From Bacteroidaceae bacterium (lineage in GTDB: Bacteria; Bacillota_I; Bacilli_A; RF39; UBA660), in the NCBI GenBank assembly GCA_963622385.1, contig CAVFIB010000003.1, positions 1-39,762 on the forward strand: a stretch of DNA of 39,762 nt. Reading direction: 5' to 3'. The notes beneath the pieces were generated by a model. That model was not told the DNA's origin. It did not search any database and saw only the letters and a program-made list of their open reading frames with translations. Below are positions 9,494-19,643 of the stretch, one piece after another (within the stretch, counting starts at the first letter, position 1; each line of letters starts with the position of its first letter). Both the position numbers and the translations under genes were made by a program.

Positions 9494-10142
9494 ATTTATA
9501 CCCCACGGCTCTTACTGTTTTTATAAGATTTCTATATTCTCCTAGATTATTTCTAAGCATTTTTATATGTGTATCTATTGTTCTATCGTCACCATAAAAA
9601 TCATAACCCCAAACTTTACTTAGCAATTGTTCTCTTGTAAGGGCAACATTTTTATTGTCAATAAAGTATGTTAAGAGATTATATTCTTTTGGTGTTAGTA
9701 AAATTTCTTTTTCATTAATAAAAACACTATGTCCTACTCTATCGACTTTTAAATTTTTGTATATAAATTCATCACTATCTTTTGGATGATTTCTTTTTAA
9801 AATTGCTTTTATTCTGGCCATTAATTCTTTGGGAGAAAATGGTTTTGTCATGTAATCATCTACTCCTAAGTCAAAACCAAGTAATTTATCTGCTTCTTCA
9901 CTTCTGGCTGAGAGTACAATGGTAGGAATATTTTTTATGTCTTTTATTTGTCTATAGGAAGAATATCCGTCTAGTTTAGGCATCATTAAATCAAGAATTA
10001 TTATGTCATAATCATTTTCTTTTACTTTTTCAATGGCCTCTAAACCATCTCCGGCCTCATCAGTTATATAACCGTCATTGTGGCAATAATCAACAATTAT
10101 ATTTCTTATTAATTCTTCATCATCTACTACTAAAACTTTCAT
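9477..10142 (-). CDS. OmpR-family response regulator
   Basis: The receiver domain shows VLVVDDE, IILDLMMP and TKPF. The winged-helix output domain shows LTPKEYNLL and RAVGYKFE. AAGGAGG is an upstream RBS. Confidence 0.9.
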   Translation of the reverse strand: MKVLVVDDEELIRNIIVDYCHNDGYITDEAGDGLEAIEKVKENDYDIIILDLMMPKLDGYSSYRQIKDIKNIPTIVLSARSEEADKLLGFDLGVDDYMTKPFSPKELMARIKAILKRNHPKDSDEFIYKNLKVDRVGHSVFINEKEILLTPKEYNLLTYFIDNKNVALTREQLLSKVWGYDFYGDDRTIDTHIKMLRNNLGEYRNLIKTVRAVGYKFEIKD

Positions 10143-10180
10143 TTGAGTTACCTCCTTAAAGTAATTATATCATATTATAG

Positions 10181-10203
10181 AAAAAAGACCTAAAGTCTTT
10201 TTT
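10181..10203 (-). terminator. Hairpin terminator between spoIVB and the two-component operon
   Basis: AAAAAAGAC-CTAAA-GTCTTTTTT forms a 9-bp stem with a 5-nt loop. On the minus strand it runs into a T-tract and is followed by TATAAT-like boxes upstream of the regulator gene. Confidence 0.55.
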
Positions 10204-10463
10204 ATTTTTAAAATTGAAAGAGGTAAAGTAAATATATTTGATATGGATTTGGTTTATTTTGGTTAAGGTTTGTAATAACATAGGAACAATAAGTTCCTTA
10301 TAAACTATTGTTTATTATATAAAAAATAAAAGTGAAAACTAATTATAAAAACCTCTTTCGTATATGATTATAGATAGTAGATATGGTATTTATAAGTTAG
10401 AAATGTGAAAATTTAGTGAAAAGATATGTTTTTTTCTTTATAATAATTAAAGAGCAGCGTTTG

Positions 10464-11444
10464 CTACTCTTTTTCTGATTCTTTTAACATATTAGTAATT
10501 AGTATTCCATAACCTTTATGGGGATTATCTACTACTACGTGTGTTACTGCTCCTACTAGTTTGTTATCTTGGATGATTGGTGAACCACTCATGCCTTGTA
10601 CTATACCGTTTCCTTTGGATAATAAAGTTTCATCTGTTACTTCAAATAGTATATTTTTAGTTTTGTGATTTTTATCTATACTTAAGATGTTAATTTCAAA
10701 GTTTTCTTTATTTTGTCCTTTGATTACTGTTTTGATATAAGCTTTTCCTGTTTTTATGTCATTTGATATAGGCATTAAATCTTTTTTATTGTATTTGCTG
10801 CTATAAGTACCATATATACCAGTTTGATCGTTTTTATCTATTGTTCCATATACATTGTTTTCGTCATATATAGCATTTTTTTCTCCAACTGTCCCTCTTT
10901 GTGCTTTTTCTATACCTGTTACGTTAGAAGAGAAGATTTTTCCATCTTTAATTTCGAACTTTGTCATTGTTGTTTGATCTTGAATTTCGTGTCCTAATGC
11001 CCCGAATCTGTTAGTGGTCGGATCAATAAAGGTAAGTGTTCCTATTCCTACTATGCTATCTTTTACATATAAACCAGTTTTATAAACGTTATTATCTTTT
11101 ATTAATTTAAGTGTTGTTTCATTTACTTTATTTTTACGTTTATAAGTTATTTTTAGAGATTTTTTATTATTAAAATGATCTGATAGATCAGTTATCCCAT
11201 GAATAACAGTGTCATCTACCTTAATAATAGTATCTCCGATTTTAAGCCCTGAAGCTCTTCCTGGTGATGAACCTCCTACATTATAGAATCCTACAACGAG
11301 TACTCCACTTGATTTTACTTCTATTCCTACATTTTCTCCTCCTGGTATTACACTATTTGAATAAGCATATGCAGTAAATGGTATACTAAATATAGTTAAG
11401 AAAAGAATCATCAATAGTTTGTTTTTAAAATTTTTAAAAATCAT
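10464..11444 (-). CDS. spoIVB: SpoIVB peptidase (S55 serine protease, sporulation signalling)
   Basis: It has an N-terminal anchor and a PDZ segment (GLKIGDTIIKVDD). The S55 motifs are GTLTFIDPTTNRFGALGHEI and GMSGSPII. Confidence 0.88.
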   Translation of the reverse strand: MIFKNFKNKLLMILFLTIFSIPFTAYAYSNSVIPGGENVGIEVKSSGVLVVGFYNVGGSSPGRASGLKIGDTIIKVDDTVIHGITDLSDHFNNKKSLKITYKRKNKVNETTLKLIKDNNVYKTGLYVKDSIVGIGTLTFIDPTTNRFGALGHEIQDQTTMTKFEIKDGKIFSSNVTGIEKAQRGTVGEKNAIYDENNVYGTIDKNDQTGIYGTYSSKYNKKDLMPISNDIKTGKAYIKTVIKGQNKENFEINILSIDKNHKTKNILFEVTDETLLSKGNGIVQGMSGSPIIQDNKLVGAVTHVVVDNPHKGYGILITNMLKESEKE

Positions 11445-11583
11445 TTTACCAACTCCTTAAACAAACTACATTATTATTATCTACAAAATAGGACAATTTA
11501 TTTTATATAAAAATTGGAAGAAAAAAATAACACATAAAGTGTAATTTTTGAATTTTATAGAACTAATTTTGTGTTTTAAAGAA

Positions 11584-14358
11584 TTAACCGTTTTTTTTAA
11601 ATGATCTGATAATTCGCCATAAATAAAGCTTTATTCCTCTATTTTTCAGTATGACAAAAGGTCTTTTTAATTTCCATAAGATACTTCTTTTTATAGGTTT
11701 ACTCTTATGGATGATATATGGATAATCTCTACTTGCATCTAGAACACTAATATAGTATCTGTATAATTTTCCAATTTCATAAATATTTTTGTTCAAGATA
11801 TCATCATCGAGAATTGTTTTTATGATGTTATTAGTACCTAATAATTGTTTGCAAGCACTTTGAGAGTGTGAATTATTATTAACATATACTTTTGTTAATG
11901 GTTTATTTATTGCTTTGAAATTATATTTTTTTGATAACTGTAGCCAAAGCGAAACATCTTCACCACTTGTTTTGGTGATATCAAATTTATTGTCCTTTAA
12001 AAGTTCACTTTTTATCATAATGGTAGGAAGTGCAATAGAACAACCTTTGATCAATTGTTTCATACATTCTCCATCATACCTAGTAGTTTTTATTTCTTTT
12101 TCTGTATCACTTTTTACTCTTATATAATTAGTATGTGAAATATAGGCTTCGGATTTTAGAATTTCTTCCAGTTGATATCTAAGTTTTTCTGCTAAAAACT
12201 CATCATCTGAATCTAAAAAGGCTATATATTCTCCAGTTGCATTATCAATACCGATATTTCTTGCATATGATACACCTTTATTCTTACCCAGTTTAATATA
12301 TTTAATTTTGTTTTTGTTTTTACTGCGTTTGATATATTTTTCAACTATACTAATATCATCTGTTGAACCATCATTAACTAAAATCAGTTCCCAATTTTTA
12401 TGAGTTTGACTTTCAACTGATTTTATTGCTCTTATAACAAGGTCTTTTCTATTATAGAATGGAATTATTACGGAAATTTTAATTTTATCTAGTTTTTTTG
12501 TCACTTGTTTTTCTATATATTCGATAGCCTCTTTATATGGTGTTTCTCTAAAAGAGGATAAAAATTTCTCATCAAAAGCTAGTTCACTATTTTCATATTC
12601 TTCTTTTAATTTTTTAGGAATTTCATTAAATATTTTTATCCACAGTTCATTACATTCTGGTAAAGTTTTAGGATTTGAATTTGTGTCCTGTTCAGGGTGA
12701 ATGCGATATTTAGCTAAAATTTTATCTATGTGATAAAATTTATATTTGTACAAAATATTATTCCAATAATGATAATCTTGTGTTGTTCTATATCGAGTTT
12801 CAAATAATCCATTTTCATCAAAGACTTTTTTAGGTATTAAAAGTGTTATCCCATTAATATTGCGATTAATTAAAGAATATTTATCTTTTTCAATTAAGAC
12901 TCTATGGTTTCTTATAATGCTTTTATATACTTTATCATTTTCATCCATAAGATGATTGTCAGAGTAAAGTACAATATTTTTTTCTTTTTCCTTAGAGAGG
13001 AATTTTATTTGATCTTCTATTTTTGTTGGATAATAGTAATCGTCATGAGAGAGCCAAGAAAAATACTCACCTTTCATATTTTTTATAGCAACATTTAAAG
13101 CAGTAGCAACACCACCATTTTCTTTTTTAAAATATCTTATTTTACTACCATAAGATTTTGCTATTTCATCTGTTTTTCCTTCATCATCGCTTCCGTCGTT
13201 CACTACTATTATCTCCAAGTTTTTATATGTTTGAGCAAGAGCGCTATCTATTGAGGTTTTTATATAGTTTGAACCATTATAAACGGGAATTACAATACTG
13301 ACTAAAGGGTTAAAAGTTTGTTTTTCTTTACATTTGGGCTCGTATTTATTTATAAACTTTTCTACTGATTCACTTAAATTATCATAATTTTGATAATTAA
13401 AATTTGAATTATCAAAATAATAAGTATGGTAAATAGTATGTTTGTATATTTCAAAAATATTTTTATTTATTTTTTCTAATTCGTTTTTAAAATAAGTTAC
13501 AAAACTTTTTTTGTCATCTTCATTTGTTAACTTTTCATATGAAGAAAAGAAAAAATTCAAGCAGTTATTGTAGAAAAATATTCTAGAAAATTCATCATTT
13601 TTATAATAGAAATATTCAAGTGTATCTCTAATAGAATTAATAGTGTCAAAATAGTTTTCTATTTTTTTACATTGAGATATTTGGTTTTCAGTATTTAATC
13701 TATAATATTTGTAGAGGTTAGGAATATAGATTATTTTTTTAGCCTCACAGATAATAGGAAGAATTTTCATTAAATCATTAGCATGAGTACCTTTATAAGA
13801 AAATTTAGAAAATAATTTTCTTTTTATTATTTTTGTACTGCTAGAGGCACAGGCCCAATGGCCCATTAAAATTTTATTGTTTATTTCATAAGGCTTACTT
13901 TCAAATGAGTTTATATCCATTGTAGAAACGTAAATATTATCGTTATAAATTGAGGATTTAATAATATTATTTTCATCAAAATATTTAGCAATATCTGAAA
14001 TAACAATATCTGCATTTGTTTTCAAAGCTTGATATAACATTTTTTTGTAATACTTATTATCTACAAAATCATCAGCACTTTGAACTCCAATGTAAACACC
14101 CTTAGATTTTTTTATTCCTTTTTGGATTGAAGGCCCTGACCCAAGTCTTTCCTCGTTTTTGATAATTTTTATTATTTTTTTAAATTTCTTTTTTCCTTTT
14201 ATGAAACTATAGACTTTTTCTAATGATTTATCAATAGAACAGTCATCTATAATAATTATTTCAACATTTGTACCTATTTTTTTTGTTACAGATTCTAGGC
14301 ATTTTGTGATATATTTTTCTTCATTATACATTGGAATTATAATGCTTAAATCTTTCAT
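11584..14358 (-). CDS. Giant glycosyltransferase with three GT2 (GT-A) modules and a basic amphipathic C-terminal tail
   Basis: Module 1 (aa 1 to about 230) has LSIIIPMYNEE, IIIDDCSIDKS and QSADD. Module 2 (about 351-570) has VSIVIPVYNG, VVNDGSDD, NGGVATALN and SHDD. Module 3 (about 627-830) has ISVIIPFYNR, VNDGSTDD, NKGVSYARN, LDSDD and GEDVSLW. The tail is SILWKLKRPFVILKNRGIKLYLWRIIRSFKK. Confidence 0.85.
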   Translation of the reverse strand: MKDLSIIIPMYNEEKYITKCLESVTKKIGTNVEIIIIDDCSIDKSLEKVYSFIKGKKKFKKIIKIIKNEERLGSGPSIQKGIKKSKGVYIGVQSADDFVDNKYYKKMLYQALKTNADIVISDIAKYFDENNIIKSSIYNDNIYVSTMDINSFESKPYEINNKILMGHWACASSSTKIIKRKLFSKFSYKGTHANDLMKILPIICEAKKIIYIPNLYKYYRLNTENQISQCKKIENYFDTINSIRDTLEYFYYKNDEFSRIFFYNNCLNFFFSSYEKLTNEDDKKSFVTYFKNELEKINKNIFEIYKHTIYHTYYFDNSNFNYQNYDNLSESVEKFINKYEPKCKEKQTFNPLVSIVIPVYNGSNYIKTSIDSALAQTYKNLEIIVVNDGSDDEGKTDEIAKSYGSKIRYFKKENGGVATALNVAIKNMKGEYFSWLSHDDYYYPTKIEDQIKFLSKEKEKNIVLYSDNHLMDENDKVYKSIIRNHRVLIEKDKYSLINRNINGITLLIPKKVFDENGLFETRYRTTQDYHYWNNILYKYKFYHIDKILAKYRIHPEQDTNSNPKTLPECNELWIKIFNEIPKKLKEEYENSELAFDEKFLSSFRETPYKEAIEYIEKQVTKKLDKIKISVIIPFYNRKDLVIRAIKSVESQTHKNWELILVNDGSTDDISIVEKYIKRSKNKNKIKYIKLGKNKGVSYARNIGIDNATGEYIAFLDSDDEFLAEKLRYQLEEILKSEAYISHTNYIRVKSDTEKEIKTTRYDGECMKQLIKGCSIALPTIMIKSELLKDNKFDITKTSGEDVSLWLQLSKKYNFKAINKPLTKVYVNNNSHSQSACKQLLGTNNIIKTILDDDILNKNIYEIGKLYRYYISVLDASRDYPYIIHKSKPIKRSILWKLKRPFVILKNRGIKLYLWRIIRSFKKNG

Positions 14359-14437
14359 CTTATTACTCCTGACTTTTAAAAATTTTATAGTTTTACAAAG
14401 CTAATATTAGTTAAATAATATATTGTTAAAATATTTT

Positions 14438-15544
14438 TTACTTTTTCCACACATTTCTATTAATATAGTGAGTATAACTCAATATTATATTGACTACAGT
14501 TTGTGAAACATTATTTTTATTGTAATCCTCTACAATTGCAGGTCTACTTTTTCTACCAGTTACGACATTAATAGAATCAATAATATTTTCTAGCTCTAGA
14601 CCACTCATTACTAATGTTCCGTTGTCCATTCCTTCTGGTCTTTCGTGGGCTTGTCTTATTGTAATCGCAGCATATCCCATTAATGAAGCTTCCTCTGTTA
14701 TTGTTCCACTATCAGATATGACGCAAAATGACTCTTTTTGTAGCTTATTATAATCAATAAAACCAAGTGGTTTCATATATTTGACTAAACTATTAAATTT
14801 AAAGTTTAATTCTTCTATCTTTTTTTGTGTTCTAGGATGAACACTGAAAACTATAGGCATTTTGTATTTTTCACATATTCCATTGATAGATTCTAATAAA
14901 TCTCTAAAATTCTTAGGATTATCAACATTTTCTTCACGATGAGCACTTAAAACAAAATATTTTCCTTTTTCTAACTTTAATTTATCTAAAATTTTGCTTT
15001 TCTCTATTTCATTTTCAAATTCTTTGTAAACTTCTTTCATACTAGAACCGATTTTAAAAATAGTTTCTGGTTTGATGCCTTCATCCAAAAGATATCTTCT
15101 TGCATGTTCTGTAATTGTCATATTTATATCACTTAAATGATCTACTATTTTTCTATTTACTTCTTCTGGAACACGGCAATCAAAACATCTATTACCAGCT
15201 TCCATGTGAAAAATTGGTACCTTATTCTTTTTAGCAGATATTATGGATAAACACGAATTTGTATCTCCATATAGTAAAATAGCATCAGGCTTCTCTTTCT
15301 TTATTATTTTATCTGAAAGAGAAATAATGTTGCCTATTGTTTCTGCGGTAGTAGAACCTACTGCATCTAAATAATAATCAGGTTCTCTTAGGTTTAAGTC
15401 TTCAAAAAAAATCTTATTTAATTCATAATCGTAGTTTTGTCCGGTATGAACTAAGACATGCTCTGTGAATTTATCTAATTCTTTTATGGTACAGGATAAT
15501 TTTATAATTTCTGGTCTTGTACCAACGATTGTCATTACTTTCAT
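14438..15544 (-). CDS. UDP-2-acetamido-2,6-dideoxy-L-hexose 2-epimerase (CapG/FnlC/WbvD-like, WecB family)
   Basis: Strong similarity to S. aureus Cap5G as I recall it: MTIVGTRPEIIKL, VHTGQNYDY, GDTNSCLS, FHMEAGNRCFD, VPEEVNRKIVDH and SAHREEN. Confidence 0.85.
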   Translation of the reverse strand: MKVMTIVGTRPEIIKLSCTIKELDKFTEHVLVHTGQNYDYELNKIFFEDLNLREPDYYLDAVGSTTAETIGNIISLSDKIIKKEKPDAILLYGDTNSCLSIISAKKNKVPIFHMEAGNRCFDCRVPEEVNRKIVDHLSDINMTITEHARRYLLDEGIKPETIFKIGSSMKEVYKEFENEIEKSKILDKLKLEKGKYFVLSAHREENVDNPKNFRDLLESINGICEKYKMPIVFSVHPRTQKKIEELNFKFNSLVKYMKPLGFIDYNKLQKESFCVISDSGTITEEASLMGYAAITIRQAHERPEGMDNGTLVMSGLELENIIDSINVVTGRKSRPAIVEDYNKNNVSQTVVNIILSYTHYINRNVWKK

Positions 15545-15599
15545 TTATATTCTCCTTTTTCTATCTATATTTTTAATTGTTTGATAGGTACTAATATTT

Positions 15600-16625
15600 T
15601 TATTCTATATCACCCATTTTTTCTAGTAATTTTACAGTTTCATCAATATTGAGTCTTTTTGTTGTTTCTGATGTATAAGATTCATATTTTATTATTTCAC
15701 CAGTACCTTTTTTATAAAAATCGTTATAATTTAATCCTCTATCATCCATTGGAATTCTGTAGAAATTATCTAAATCTTCAGCCCTAGACATTTCTTCTCT
15801 AGTAACTAAAACTTCGTGTTTTTTTTCTCCGTGTCTTGTTCCTATTATTTTTACTTGGCATTCTTTATTTTTATATTTCATTATAGCTTGTGCCAAAGTT
15901 TCAATTGTAGCAGCAGGTGCTTTTTGAACAAATAAATCACCTTGTTTACCATTTTCAAAAGCAAATATTACTAGGTCAACTGCTTCACTTAATGTCATCA
16001 TGTATCTGGTCATGCTAGGATCGGTAATTGTTAGTGGTTTGTTTTCTTTGATTAGTTTATAGAAAAGTGGTATTACTGATCCTCTTGAGCCCATTACATT
16101 TCCATATCTAGTAAGACATATTGTTGTATTAGAATCGTTACCTAATTCTCTTGCTTTTGCTACGATTATTTTTTCCATCATAGCTTTGCTTGTGCCCATG
16201 GCGTTTATAGGGTATGCAGCTTTGTCAGTGGATAAGCATATTATTTTTTTTACCCCGTTTTCAATAGCGGCGGTAAGAACGTTATTTGTTCCAATTATAT
16301 TTGTTTTTACTGCCTCCATTGGAAAAAATTCACAAGATGGTACTTGTTTTAAAGCGGCAGCATGGAAAACATAATCTACTCCTTTCATAACAGGATTAAG
16401 AGTGTTTATGTCACGAACATCTCCAATATAAAACTTAATTTTATCTGTATTATATTTTTTTCTCATATCATCTTGCTTCTTTTCGTCACGAGAAAAAATC
16501 CTTATTTCTTTTAATTCTGAATTTAAAAATTTTTCTAAAACTTTGTTACCAAAAGATCCTGTTCCTCCTGTGATTAAAAGAACTTTATCCTTAAACATAG
16601 ATTTATTTAGTGATTGGTTACTCAT
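15600..16625 (-). CDS. UDP-GlcNAc 4,6-dehydratase/5(3)-epimerase, CapE/FnlA/WbvB family (copy 1)
   Basis: Near-collinear similarity to Cap5E as I recall it: LLITGGTGSFGN, IRIFSRDEKKQDD, FYIGDVRD, FHAAALKQVPSCEFFP, CLSTDKAAYPINAMG.SKAMMEK, RYGNVMGSRGSVIPLF and IGTRHGEKK. An AGGAGG RBS lies before the ATG at 16625. Confidence 0.9.
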   Translation of the reverse strand: MSNQSLNKSMFKDKVLLITGGTGSFGNKVLEKFLNSELKEIRIFSRDEKKQDDMRKKYNTDKIKFYIGDVRDINTLNPVMKGVDYVFHAAALKQVPSCEFFPMEAVKTNIIGTNNVLTAAIENGVKKIICLSTDKAAYPINAMGTSKAMMEKIIVAKARELGNDSNTTICLTRYGNVMGSRGSVIPLFYKLIKENKPLTITDPSMTRYMMTLSEAVDLVIFAFENGKQGDLFVQKAPAATIETLAQAIMKYKNKECQVKIIGTRHGEKKHEVLVTREEMSRAEDLDNFYRIPMDDRGLNYNDFYKKGTGEIIKYESYTSETTKRLNIDETVKLLEKMGDIE

Positions 16626-16890
16626 AAATTTCCTCCTAAGTAAAAAACTTTAATTTCTGCGTTTTCCCCTCTTTTATTCTAAATCCATTATACAGGAAAA
16701 AATCTTATTTGTCAGCTTTTTTGTCTTTTTTTATTGCTCTTTTGATAGAAGTTTAATAAAATCAACTAAAAATAAGTGAGCTTTTTTGAGATGGTATAGT
16801 TCCAATTGTTGGAGATAGTATAAAGTAAAAGCTTTGTACAATTTATTATATTGAGGATTTGATTACAGTACTTTAATAAAAAATATAGAC

Positions 16891-16922
16891 AAAAAACAAA
16901 AAAGCATTAATTTTGCTTTTTT
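16891..16922 (-). terminator. Rho-independent terminator of module 2 (stop codon in the loop)
   Basis: The minus strand reads AAAAAAGCA-AAATTAA-TGCTTTTTT followed by GTTTTTTG. The hairpin spans the TAA at 16907-16909. Confidence 0.6.
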
Positions 16923-19642
16923 GAATTAATAAACATATGTATAGAAAGAATAATTCCTCTATTTTTTATGTTTAGTAAATTTCTTTTTAATCTCCATATA
17001 ATGCTTTTTTTATTTTTAGAATTATCTATATTACAAATTGGTTTATATTTTAAACTTTTGTCTAATAGATCTATATATTTTTTGTATAAAATACCGACTT
17101 CGTAATAGTTTTTTCTAAGGGTTTCGTCATTAGTTACTAGGTTAATTATAGTATCTAGTTCTTCCAACTTTTCAGTGTTTTTTTGATTTTTACTACTCTT
17201 TTCTGTCTTTGTTAAGGTATTATTGATTGCTAGGAAACTATATTTTTTTGATAAATTAATATATAATAATATATCATTTTGGCAACATTTTTCTTCTATA
17301 AATGCTTCTTTTTTAATCATTACTGTTGATAAGTTTATATAACAGTTTTTTATTAGTTCTTTAGAGCATTTTCCATTAAAAATACTGGTATTTACTTCGT
17401 TTACAGTATTTTCACTTATGATGTTATAATGTGTGTGAGATATTACCCTGTCGTCTCTTAGCATTTCTGTTAGTTGAATTAATAGTTTATCTTTATGAAA
17501 TGTGCTTTTAGAATCTAAAAATGATATATAATCTCCGGTTATATCTTTTATGCATTGAAGAGTTAGTTCTTGTTTGCTTTGAGGTTCTTTAAATTTGAAA
17601 TATTTTATTATTTTATTGCTTTTGATGTATTCTAAAATTTTGGTATTGTCTTCGATGCAATTATTATCTATTAAAATTAATTCCCAATTATTAAAACTTT
17701 GCAGTTCTACTGATTTGATTGATTGTATTGTTTTTTCTATATCATCGTTACAAAAAAGAATCACAGATATTTTAAATTTTTCAAGTTCATTTTTAACTTG
17801 TTTTTCTATATATTTGATGGCTCCATCATAGTTTGTTTTTCTAATATGAGTTTGAAAACTAATATCAAATTTTAAATTTGTATCTCTATATTTTTCTTTT
17901 ATTTCTTTTGGAATGTCTTCATATATTTTTATCCATAGTTTGTTGCATTCTGGTAAGGTATTTTTGTTTTTTTGCGTATCTTGATTTTCATGAACTCTAT
18001 ATTTTGCTAGAGGTTTATCTACATGATAAAATTTATATTTATATAAAATTTTATTCCAATATTCATAGTCTTGAGTTGTTTTATATTTTGTTTCAAATAA
18101 ACCGTTTTCATCAAAGACTTTTTTTGGTATTAAAAGGGTTATACCATTTATGTTTCCATTTATTACGGAGTATTTATCTTGTTTTATTAAGGCTCGGTGC
18201 CAGCGTATGGAACTTCTATAAACAATACCATCTTTATCCATTACATCGTTATCTGAATATAAAACTATATTTTTGTTTTTTTCTTTTGATAGATATTTTA
18301 TTTGATCTTCAATTTTTGTTTTATAATATATATCATCGTGAGAGAGCCAAGAAAAGTATTCTCCTTTCATATTTTTTATAGCGATATTAAGCGCTGATGC
18401 AACTCCCCCATTTTTCTTTTTTATGTATCTTATCTTGTCTTTATAGGACTTTATTATTTCATCTGTTTTATCAGCACTTCCGTCGTTAACTACTATTATT
18501 TCTATATTTTTATATGTTTGGTTAAGTGCACTATCTATGGCTTCTTTAACATAGTTTTCTCCATTATAGACAGGGATTATTATACTGACTAAGGGATTAA
18601 ATATTTCATTTTCTTTTTTTGAGTGATAGTTTTCTATAAAGTATTTAGTGCTTATGATTAGATTATCATAATTTTTATAATTAAAGTTCGAATTATCAAA
18701 AAAATATGAATGGTATAAGGAGTGTTTATATACTTCCAGTAAATCTTTACTTATCTTTTCTAGACCGTTTCTAAAATAACTTGTAAATTCTATTTTTTCT
18801 TCTTCTTTTTCTAGGTTTTCAAATGATGTAAAGAAAAATGTCAAGCAATTATTATAGAAAAATATTCTTGAAAATTCTTCATTGTTTTTATAAAAATATT
18901 TCATTGTTTCTATTACAGAATCTAAAGTTCCTAAGTATGAATCTAGGGTCTTACAAGAGGATAATTGTGTTTGGGGATGCATTCTGTAGTATTTAAATAA
19001 ATTAGGGATATATATTATTTTTTGTGATTCTTCGATGATTGGTAAGATAGCCATTAAGTCGTTTGCATGTTTTCCTTTGTAAGGATGTTTTTGTAATAGT
19101 TCTTTTTTTATTATTTTGTTTGAACTAGAAGCACAAGCCCAATGTCCCATTAAAACTTGTTTTTTAAGCTCGTGAATAGAATCTGTGTTTTTTTCTATGC
19201 TCATGGTGCTGGTATAGATATTATCTTCATAAATGGAAGCTTTTTTTATTTTTTTATCATTATGATAAATTGCAATATCTGATACTACAATATCCGCATT
19301 TGTTTTTAAAGCTTGGTATAGCATTTTTTTATAGAAGTTTTTATCTACAAAATCATCAGAACTTTGTACTCCAATATAGGTTCCTCTAGCTTTACTAATT
19401 CCTTTTTCTAAAGTTTTAGGGCATCCTAAATTTTCTTTATTTTTGAAAATTCTTATTAATTTTTTATATTTTTTGTTTTTATTTTTCCATTTTCTTGCTT
19501 TAGATAGGGACTCATCAGTAGAACAGTCATCTATTACTATTATTTCTACATTGCCTTTTATTCCTTTTGTGATACTATTTAAACACTTCTCTATATATTT
19601 CTCATGATTATACATTGGAATTACTATGCTTAGATCTTTCAT
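16907..19642 (-). CDS. Giant glycosyltransferase, paralogue of 11584..14358: two intact GT2 modules plus a degenerate third module
   Basis: It is collinear with the 924-aa protein. Modules 1 and 2 keep their motifs (VIDDCSTDES, QSSDD; VVNDGSADK, NGGVASALN, SHDD). Module 3 (aa about 623-812) reads ILFCNDD, IDNNCIED, EPQSKQELTLQ, LDSKS and QNDILLY in place of the nucleotide-binding, DxD and catalytic-base motifs. Confidence 0.85.
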   Translation of the reverse strand: MKDLSIVIPMYNHEKYIEKCLNSITKGIKGNVEIIVIDDCSTDESLSKARKWKNKNKKYKKLIRIFKNKENLGCPKTLEKGISKARGTYIGVQSSDDFVDKNFYKKMLYQALKTNADIVVSDIAIYHNDKKIKKASIYEDNIYTSTMSIEKNTDSIHELKKQVLMGHWACASSSNKIIKKELLQKHPYKGKHANDLMAILPIIEESQKIIYIPNLFKYYRMHPQTQLSSCKTLDSYLGTLDSVIETMKYFYKNNEEFSRIFFYNNCLTFFFTSFENLEKEEEKIEFTSYFRNGLEKISKDLLEVYKHSLYHSYFFDNSNFNYKNYDNLIISTKYFIENYHSKKENEIFNPLVSIIIPVYNGENYVKEAIDSALNQTYKNIEIIVVNDGSADKTDEIIKSYKDKIRYIKKKNGGVASALNIAIKNMKGEYFSWLSHDDIYYKTKIEDQIKYLSKEKNKNIVLYSDNDVMDKDGIVYRSSIRWHRALIKQDKYSVINGNINGITLLIPKKVFDENGLFETKYKTTQDYEYWNKILYKYKFYHVDKPLAKYRVHENQDTQKNKNTLPECNKLWIKIYEDIPKEIKEKYRDTNLKFDISFQTHIRKTNYDGAIKYIEKQVKNELEKFKISVILFCNDDIEKTIQSIKSVELQSFNNWELILIDNNCIEDNTKILEYIKSNKIIKYFKFKEPQSKQELTLQCIKDITGDYISFLDSKSTFHKDKLLIQLTEMLRDDRVISHTHYNIISENTVNEVNTSIFNGKCSKELIKNCYINLSTVMIKKEAFIEEKCCQNDILLYINLSKKYSFLAINNTLTKTEKSSKNQKNTEKLEELDTIINLVTNDETLRKNYYEVGILYKKYIDLLDKSLKYKPICNIDNSKNKKSIIWRLKRNLLNIKNRGIILSIHMFINSKKQN

Positions 19643-19643
19643 C

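Noticed and set aside
9477-10142. The response regulator next to spoIVB could be Spo0A, given the expected spoIVB-spo0A synteny.
   Set aside because: Its C-terminal domain is an OmpR-type winged helix (RAVGYKFE), not the Spo0A effector domain. It is also translationally coupled to a membrane histidine kinase.
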